Source of the DNA: Octopus bimaculoides
Lineage: Eukaryota
DNA length: 64,000 nucleotides
Direction: 5' to 3'
Assembly (NCBI RefSeq): GCF_001194135.2
Contig: NC_068983.1
Span: forward strand, 121,281,290-121,345,289
Within the stretch, counting starts at the first letter, position 1; each line of letters begins with the position of its first letter. Of the stretch, positions 54,921-64,000 are shown piece after piece. The position numbers and the translations under genes were made by a program. The notes beneath the pieces were generated by a model, which was given only the letters and a program-made list of their open reading frames with translations, made no database searches and had not been told where the DNA came from.

Positions 54921-55570
54921 TCATCATCATCATTTTCCATGCTGGCATGGGTTGGACAGTTTGACAGGCATTGGCAAGCCCCTGTCAAACTCTCCAACCC
55001 ATGCTGGCAAGCCAGAGGACTACACTAGGTCCCAAATGTCTGATTTGGCATGATTTTTATAGCTGGATGCCCTTCCTAACACCAACTACTTTACAAAGTG
55101 TACTGTGTGCTTTTTACAGTCCATTGGCACAGGTACATTTTATGTGGTATTAGCACAAATGCGTTCTACATGGCACCAGCACGAGTGCATTTTATGGAAC
55201 ACCAGCAAGACGAAGACCTTTCAGCTGGGAGAGGAAGTGGGGGCATAGCCCATAAAGGATATGCTTGTATGCATGCTTGGATAGCCATGATTCCATTTAG
55301 CTTGACATGTCATCTCAAGTACAGCAAATCACCACAAGTCCCAGTCCCTTGTCATCTCCTATCATCATAACTCCAACTTTCTCTATTTACTTGCTCCTCC
55401 TACTCCTCTTGTAATTTAAAACTAATTTTATCACTCACTTGAAGATCCTTTCTCACCACTTTGTCCCATGTCATCCTGAGTCTACCCTTTCCACAGGTTC
55501 CTTCCAAAATTAGAGATCAGCACTTCTTTAAGCAGCTGTCCTTGACTTTAAGGAGCTGTACTCATCCATA
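54921..55570 (-). mobile_element. RTE-type LINE 3' end continuous with a family-C repeat tail
   Basis: EDSCLKKC*SLILEGTCGKGRLRMTWDKVVRKDL...EMTRDWDLW (a GRGRPRKTW-like RTE C-terminus) running into the ...GCATGGAAAATGATGATG tail. Confidence 0.75.
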
Positions 55571-55629
55571 CACCAGCATACTGAATTTTAAATATATTAG
55601 TATTAAATGAATATGTTAACACTAACTTG

Positions 55630-56019
55630 CTTGTTGTTGCTGGCACTCCGTCACTTATGATGTTGAGGGTTCCAGTTGATCCGATCAACGGAACAGCCTG
55701 CTCGTGAAATTAACGTGCAAGTGGCTGAGCACTCCACAGACACGTGTACCCTTAACGTAGTTCTCGGGGATATTCAGCATGACACAGTGTGACAAGGCTG
55801 ACCCTTTGAATTACAGGCACAACAGAAACAGGAAGTAAGAGTGAGAGAAAGTTTTAGTGAAAGAGTACAGCAGGGTTCGCCACCATCCCCTGCCAGAGCC
55901 TCGTGGAGCTTTAGGTGATTTCGCTCAATAAACACTCACGACGCCCAGTCTGGGAATCGAAACTGCGATCCTATGACCGCGAGTCCGCTGCCCTAACCAC
56001 TGGGCCATTGCGCCTCCAC
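55630..56019 (-). mobile_element. SINE family A
   Basis: Full-length copy; 11-bp TSD acactaacttg at 55619-55629 and 56020-56030. Confidence 0.93.
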
Positions 56020-57599
56020 ACACTAACTTGACAACTGGTTTTCATGAAAATGGCTTTTCTAAGTAAATTTCCTCGGTGATTTATTTAATAGTCAACGTTT
56101 AGTTTGAACAACTGTAAAAGACATAGGTTTGGGGGTTCAAATATCATCAACTGATCACTTCTCATTCATTATCTTTCAGTTATGTCCTTCATATTTGAGT
56201 TTAGACACACAAGAAACGATTTATGTTGAATCCCAGAATAGTTCTTGAAATTCATTCATTTGATTATCAGAGTGGGAATAGTCAGTGAAGTGAGTGATAA
56301 AATTAGTTTTTAAAGTACAAGAGGAGTAGGAGGAGCAACTAAATAGAGAAAGTCGGTGCAATGATGATGATGATGATGATGATGTTGATGATAGGATGAT
56401 GTCGGTCACTGACAATTTCAGTCAATAGCAGGTAGCAATGTTTTGCAGTAACACCTGAAGATAATTAACAAGAAGCGAGGAGCTGTTGTTGTTCAATGTA
56501 ATTAAACTTTCACATCTTTTAATACTGATTGAGAGTAGAGAACAGGGTAGGAAAGACAGGCATTGGGGAAGACAGATAAATTGATAAACTGAAAGGCAAA
56601 CACACAGACAGAGAGGCAGACATATAGACTGACAGGCAGGCAAGCAGACGAATATATAAACTGGGATTTTGGCAGATAAACAGCTGGCCCTGGAAGCAAC
56701 AAACCAGACAGAAAGATAGACATCTGGGCATAAACAGATAAAAGACAGCTTGAATCCAAGCAAAGTAGATTCAATAAACTAATAAAGTGGAAAGAGGTTA
56801 TTGGACTTCCAACTTCTGAGCTCTATACAATAAGATCAGGAACATTGTATAAATAAAATACAGGAAAGCCATGATAATAAATACAATTTTATAATAATAA
56901 TTTTATAATGATAATAGGAACAATTTTTTTTAATTCACAACAAAAAGAAAGGAGAAATTAATTTTAATAGCAGATTGTAGGGATTGTTGTTCCCTCTTCT
57001 AGCCTACCACTTGTGCAACGATAGACTGTCTGTCTTACATTAACAATAGTTGTCAAACACCCCAATGGAAATCTCTTTTGTCATTTGAAGGTTCTGGTTT
57101 TGGTTGACATGTTGGTGTCAGTAATAGTCAGTGGTAGCAGAGCAAGCATTTGGTAAATACTTGTATTTAAATATTTGTCACCCCCAACATCCACATTCCC
57201 AGTATGAATGTGTGTCTACGCTGTAAGCTACAAATAACCACTGCATTAAGTAAACCTGTTTGGCAAGGTGATTAACTTTAGGCAAGGTGGCTGGGCACTG
57301 GAAGAAGAGAAAGTCTGTGTTATTGTATGAGAGAGAGAGTGAGAGAGAGAGAGTGAGAGAGAGAGACAGACAGACAGAGGTGGAAGATGATCCTTTTAAA
57401 AACCTTAAAAACTTAACGAATGTTGCCTTTGACAACAGCAGAGCTTTTGTCTATATTTGGGATATCCAAGCTAAGTTGCCCACCTACAGATGTACTCATG
57501 TTATCGACAACTTGTTTGATCTGAAATTTTCTAACAGATCCACACAAACACCACATTTCTTCATCCCACATTTACCCAACACTGGTGTACCCTGAAAGG

Positions 57600-58600
57600 T
57601 TGAGTTATATCATTTACATTCTTCATGCTGCACATTAACCCACTTGCTATAAATTGCAATGAAACTCCTGTGTAGACAGAATGTTCACTCCTATGCGATA
57701 TTAAGTCTAATTTCAGCAAACAACAACTCTAGTTGCCACAGTTGCTGACGATATGCAGTCAAGATACTTTACACAAGACATAAACAGAGACCTTGAGAGT
57801 ATTCTTCATCGGGAACATGACAACCCAACCTCCATCAACAAGACAAAGTTTTAATCACTATAAATATCAAAGGAAAACACTCTAAACACAGCATACGATT
57901 TATTCATTAAGCACACACAAGTAAAACTGCAACAAATTCTAGGCTTCACAATTTCTCACAATTTCTCAAAGTAACTTCACATTGCCAAAATTACATCCAA
58001 AAGGGTACACTTCATCCTCAGAAGCAGAAAATACATCAGCCCTCATCAGTTTCAAACCTTCCCTCTGTAAAGCTGCATATATCTACCCATGACCCAATCC
58101 CCACTTCCTGCCTCCATGTTCTCTGTGGTGTTTCACCTGACAAATATCTCTACCAAAGATTTTGTGAAGTCACATTTCTCAAAAAAACCCAGAAATTTAA
58201 CCCTCTAGAATACTCAACAAGCTTTTATTATTTTATTTTCTTTTTAACATTAATCAAAACTTTCAGAAAGATGGTCAAATTAAACAACTCCCTAACATCA
58301 CAACTCCAGGAGGATCTGCAAAAGAAATGACCACTATGTTACCTACTGCCTTAATCATTGGCATATTCAATACTGTACACTCTATTTGTAATCAATGCAC
58401 TAGCATTAGCCTCAGCCTTGCAAGCCCTGTTGCACACATGCACATGCACCTCTATTATGCACATCTACTGCCTTGGTTTTGCAACACATCTGCATCAGCT
58501 CAATTCTTCTCCAGACTCAAAGCACGTCAGATGTTCACATGCTTTGCACTCATGTTTTAGACATAATTTCACTCCAACATGCTTACACTGTCATCCTTGC
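57600..58600 (+). mobile_element. Highly decayed CR1/Jockey-group LINE RT fragment, same family as 22600-23960
   Basis: NVHSYA(D) remnant and INRDLESIL at ~57780; nucleotide similarity to 23540-23570. Confidence 0.5.
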
Positions 58601-60552
58601 TAACTCAGCAATTGACTATAACAACAGCACTAGATGCATTTGTAAAAACATTCCAGGCATTTCACTCCAACCATGCAGGAAGATCTTTCATACACTCACT
58701 CGCTTACCTGAGTTTATTTTACAGTCAATTTCGAAACATGTACCTGCACCCATGTATATGCCCTCACATGCACACACACACGCTCATTTGCTGTACTGCC
58801 CAGTCATTGACTGCACATATTTTGGCACGTAAAATGACACCGCTATTTAAACTAATCTGAATAGAAAACTGTCCCCGTATACACTTCAACAATCCTCTCT
58901 CCTGATATACAAAATTTCTCCGCAACCATGCATTTCTTTCTCTCCTTTGATTGTTTGTTTCCTTCCCCCCCCCCCCGGAAACTCACTGGCGAGGGGTGTG
59001 ATGTGGTGAATCTTGCAGGCATGAAGTGGCATGATTCGATTCACCATAGCCAAATTTAAATTAACAGTTCAACAGAACTTTTCTCACTGTGGAACAATGG
59101 TTTTTTTCAGTAACAGCAGTTTTACATATGCCAGATGCCTTAGCTAGTCCAAAATAATGTCTTCACCACTTGACCCTTTCTAACCTCATCTACTTCACCA
59201 AAAGCTAGAATAGGGATATCACAGTACCACCAAGGAAGCCCATTGTTCTCAATGGTATGTCTATCCTTCTGGATAGTTATAAAAACAAGAACCCCCAAGC
59301 AAAAGACAGTCAGTCACTTGGTGAAGACTCAACAAGTTAGTCACTTTGGTGACAAGTCGGTTAGTTAGCAAGAACAGAGTCTGGCTGACTGGCTAGAACA
59401 AATATGGTATCTCAACAATGAAGCAGTTGTTTCGTCCCACACTCTCTCACTCTCACTAGCTCTAATTCTGTTCTCTTACAACATCATTCTATCTCTCTCT
59501 GTAACCACAACTACACAATGACAAGAACACAAACTCTACATTTACCTTAACTTCGCATGCTTTACGATTTCATCACCTGCCCGTCGAGGTAAGGTATTGT
59601 ATTGTATGTATAATGTAATGGTAAAAATTAATATTTCCTTAAAATTTCATGCATTGTTCTTCTTTCACATCCTACAACATGCCATTGTAACAACAAATTT
59701 TTATTGTTACAACTACTGACTCAGACATTTCATATTATTGTTTACTAATTAATTTGAACCATTACATATATATATATAAATATACACACACACACTTACA
59801 CATATATACATATACACATATACAAAGAGCAAACCATTCATTGACATGTGAGACATAAGAATATTGTTCACATACACACACAAACACACACACACCAAGT
59901 AGCCTATACACACGTACATACACATCATATGCAATGAAAATCTTGTGTGTAAAATGGCTTTATGCCAGTGAAATTGTAGCTTATATATGTGAAGAAGGAC
60001 AGAGTCATTTCAGGAAAATTAGCTGATGTAATTTCAGTTATTCTACAAATAGAAACTGAGTAAATAAATAAATTCACTCTAACCTACCCACCTTTTCTCT
60101 ATCTTCACAGACATCTGAGATTCCAGTTGTTGGAGAATCTTTCACAAAATCGACATCATGTCATGTCATACACTAATGACAACCAAATAATACAGTTTTA
60201 CCATAATTAGACATTTTTACAATTTTCTTTTTATTTTCTGGTAAAGAACAGGCATAACATACATACACACATTAAACATTGTGTATGTGTTATACACACC
60301 ATTATATATATCCTGTATATAATATCACACATGAATATGAGCCAACAAATGAGATTCTATACATGGTTTACATAACTAGCAAGAAATAGAAACCAAATCT
60401 CTCTCAAAACACCCACCACCACCATCTCAGGAAAGGAGACAATAGATGTAGTTTTTTTGGTGTCCTAAACATAGAAAAGAATTGGATGGTCATGATTGGA
60501 ACACATTTGACCATAGATCACTTCAATCCAGATATAGCTCTTGGAGCTAAAC

Positions 60553-60839
60553 CAGGGGTTTTCAAACTTTTTGACTTGTGGACCCCTTTATATTTCAGGC
60601 TTTACCTTATAAACACTTATGAAATTTATACATAAATATTTGCTTAAAATAACATATATTTTTACATTTATTTATTTAACAGTATTTAACAAATAGGTTT
60701 ATTGTCAATTAAAAGATTTCGATTAAAAAACATATATAAAATCAAATTGCCCATAAAAAGTATTTGCTGTCCTTGCGGACACCCTGTCTTGTCCTTGCGG
60801 ACCCCCTGTGGTCCGCGGACCACAGTTTGAAAACCCCTG
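60553..60839. mobile_element. hAT-type MITE
   Basis: TIR CAGGGGTTTTCAAAC at both ends; 8-bp TSD (a/g)gctaaac at 60545-60552 and 60840-60847. Confidence 0.88.
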
Positions 60840-60859
60840 GGCTAAACAACAATACCAAT

Positions 60860-60894
<35 letters not shown>

Positions 60895-61218
60895 TGTGAA
60901 GGCACATGGCTAAGTAATTAGGGTATTTGGCTCATGATAAGATCATAAGTTCAATTCCCAGTGGCACACTGTATCCTTGATCAAGACACTTTATTTCACA
61001 TTGCTCCAGTCTACTCAGCTGACAAATATGAGTAGTACCTGTTATTCAAAAGGCCAGTCATGTCATGTTCTGTGTCATTAATTTCATGAGCAAGCTGTTC
61101 AGTTGGACGGATCAACTGGAACCCTCATAACCAATGGAGTGCCGTATGTATACATATATACACACACACACACACGCGCGCACACATACATACATACATA
61201 CATACATACATTAGTTTA

Positions 61219-61970
61219 GTTGGCACTCTGTCTCCTACGACGTCGAGGGTTCCAGTTGATCCGATCAACAGAACAGCCTGCTCGTGAAATTAACGTGCAA
61301 GTGGTTGAGCGCTCCACAGACATGTGTACCCTTAATGTAGTTCTCGTGGATATTCAGCGTGACACAGTGTGACAAGGCTGACCCTTTGAATTACAGGCAC
61401 AACAGAAACAGGAAGTAAGAGTGAGAGAAAGTTGTGGTGAAAGAGTACAGCAGGGTTCACCACCATCCCCTGCCGGAGCCTCATGGAGCTTTAGGTGTTT
61501 TCGTTCAATAAACACTCACAATGCCCNNNNNNNNNNCACACACACACACGCGCGCACACATACATACATACATACATACATACATTAGTTTAGTTGGCAC
61601 TCTGTCTCCTACGACGTCGAGGGTTCCAGTTGATCCGATCAACAGAACAGCCTGCTCGTGAAATTAACGTGCAAGTGGTTGAGCGCTCCACAGACATGTG
61701 TACCCTTAATGTAGTTCTCGTGGATATTCAGCGTGACACAGTGTGACAAGGCTGACCCTTTGAATTACAGGCACAACAGAAACAGGAAGTAAGAGTGAGA
61801 GAAAGTTGTGGTGAAAGAGTACAGCAGGGTTCACCACCATCCCCTGCCGGAGCCTCATGGAGCTTTAGGTGTTTTCGTTCAATAAACACTCACAATGCCC
61901 TGTCCGGGAATCGAAACCGCGATCCTATGACCACGAGTCTGCTGCCCTAACCACTGGGCCATTGTGCCTC
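61219..61970 (-). mobile_element. SINE family A, present twice around a 10-N gap (probably one real copy)
   Basis: 61219-61526 and 61593-61970 share the same private substitutions and the same upstream flank. Confidence 0.85.
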
Positions 61971-62625
61971 TACATACATACATACATACAAACAGACATA
62001 TTTATATATACATATATATGCTTAGGTATGGGTGTGGTGAAAAAGCTTGCTTCCCAAGAATTTGGCTTCAAGTTCAGTTTCAGTGCATGTCACTTTGGAC
62101 AAGTGTCTTTTACTACAGTCACAAGCTGACCAAAGCTTTGTGTGTAGATTTGGCAGATGGAAATTGATGGAAACCTAATACAAATGTATGCCTGAACAAG
62201 CACGTATTTGTGTGTCTTCTTGCTCTGACATCACATGAGAGTTACAGTAATGGAAGCAGTGTAATTTGTTTTCAATCTTGCTTTGAAACATATCCACCCA
62301 TGAGGGAAATGAAAACTTGCTTAGAAACAGTTGAAGATTGACCATGGAAAACCTGCCTCAGTAACTTCCACCTGACCAATGCAAACATGGAAAAGGGAAT
62401 ATTAAAAACAATGAGAATGTATGTGACAAGTAAAAGGCACCCACTACACACTTGGAGTGGTTGGTATTAGGAAGGGCATCCAACCAACTCAGACTGGAGC
62501 CTGGTGCAGCTCTCTGGCTTAAGAGTCCCAGTCAAACCATCTAACCCATGCCAGCATGGAAAACAGATGTTAAATAATGATGATGATGAGGGGGAGGAGG
62601 ATATATATATATATATAAATACACC

Positions 62626-62858
62626 ATTTTGAGCGTGGCCGTTGCCAGTACCGCCTGACTGGCCTTAGTGCCGGTGGCACGTAAAAGGACCCACTACACT
62701 CTCGGGGTGGTTGGCGTTAGGAAGGGCATCCAGCTGTAGAAACTCTGCCAGATCAGATTGAGCCTGGTGTAGCCATCTAGTTTCACCAGTCCTTGGTCAA
62801 ATCGTCCAACCCATGCTAGCATGGAAAGTGGACATTAAACGACGATGATGATGATGAT
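62626..62858 (+). mobile_element. Family C repeat
   Basis: caccattttgagcgtggccgttgccagtacc...gcatggaaagtggacattaaacgacgatgatg, in tandem with an older copy at 62426-62590. Confidence 0.88.
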
Positions 62859-63694
62859 GATATATATATACACATACACACACACACATGCATATATACA
62901 CACACACATACATATAAACATAATATAAATACATACATTATGTATATGTATATATATATATATGTATACATACATGTATGCATACATACATGTATGCATA
63001 CATACATGTATGTACATGTAGGATGTGAAATTGTTTGTTGGAACAAATGTTACTGTATGTTTGGAGGGTTACTGAACTTTGACCTTTGACACAGCATTTC
63101 TTTTTCTAGGGATATTTATTTTGCATAAGTAAACCCATTCACACATATATACACTAACATATACATATATGTATATATAGATGTATATCCATATCCTCAC
63201 CTTCACATAAATATACACACACATACAAGCTAATGCACACATAGTATATTTATATATCAATAATAGTAGAAAAAATTGAAGGAATTTTTTTTTATTTATG
63301 TACAGACATAAAATGTCTGAATTTTCCTAAGGAAACATATAATACCACTCAAATCTTTTTATCTTGTCTTTTTGTGTGATGTTGTCTAGCAAGCAAGAAA
63401 GGATTTAATCACATTCTTTTACAGTTGATATATAAAAGACGATAAAGGAATGCAGTCACTCCCTTCTTAAACAGAGACAAAGATTGACACTCTGGAACTA
63501 AACAAAAAGCCAGGATTTAAGCAGTATTTTCCCATTTCTCATTTTCAATCTGACTATAAACAAAATACACCACACATTTCATTTACCTTTGACTAATTTT
63601 TCTATCATTATTAAAATATTTCACTGCAACCTTCCTGGAACTTTTATTCATATACATCATTATCATCATCATCATCATCATCATCAGCTGATAT

Positions 63695-64000
63695 TGTTGT
63701 TGTTGGCACTCCACCGCTTACGACGTCGAGGGTTCCAGTTGATCCGATCAACGGAACAGCCTGCTCATGAAATTAACGTGCAAGTGGCTGAGCACTCCAC
63801 AGACACGTGTACCCTTAACATAGTTCTCGGGGATATTCAGCATGACACAGTATGACAAGGCCGACCCTTTGAATTACAGGTACAACAGAACCAGGAAGAG
63901 TGAGAGAAAGTTGTGGTGAAAGAGTACAGCAGGGTTCGCCACCATCCCCTGCCGGAGCCTCGTGGAGCTTTAGGTGTTTTCGCTCAATAAACACTCACAA
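63695..64000 (-). mobile_element. SINE family A, running off the window
   Basis: Matches the family consensus from the (GTT)n tail onward. Confidence 0.92.

Noticed and set aside
56422-56774. Three overlapping Cys/Leu/Ser-rich minus-strand ORFs
   Set aside because: They derive from a decayed (GACA/GATA)n tract that lacks stop codons on that strand.
59290-59590. Possible solo LTR
   Set aside because: No TG...CA termini with a TSD and no second copy in the window.
61140-61970. Apparent tandem duplication of a SINE plus its flank
   Set aside because: Identical private mutations on both sides of a 10-N gap indicate unmerged contig overlap. The same applies to 32395-32520.

Overview
AT-rich eukaryotic draft-assembly DNA with many N gaps and (TA)n/(CA)n/(CAT)n microsatellites. 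The SINE families and repeat landscape look like an octopus (coleoid cephalopod) genome; this is inference from memory, not a search result. The only clear host gene is a PRKX / Pka-C3-type cAMP-dependent protein kinase catalytic subunit on the minus strand. Six coding exons are visible (44937-44674, 37213-37094, 33775-33680, 31691-31634, 28286-28209, 27271-27146; 264/120/96/58/78/126 nt). All have GT-AG boundaries and splice in frame into a 246-aa C-terminal part ending FTDF*. I could not find the N-terminal exons, so they probably lie beyond 64000. The rest is intronic or intergenic DNA filled with decayed mobile elements: an RT-less Gypsy element with both LTRs, a solo LTR inside a mariner, four mariner remnants, CR1- and RTE-type LINE fragments, at least five SINE-like families and several MITEs. 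I found no convincing new multi-gene system. The best leads are (i) an indel-free 48-nt repeat array 1.8 kb downstream of the kinase stop that reads as a 16-residue protein repeat with a single TAG, (ii) inverted SINE pairs and fold-backs in the kinase pre-mRNA that could form dsRNA (ADAR substrates or back-splicing), (iii) an 80-bp inverted templated insertion, and (iv) a possible spliced antisense micro-ORF. These leads are hypotheses.
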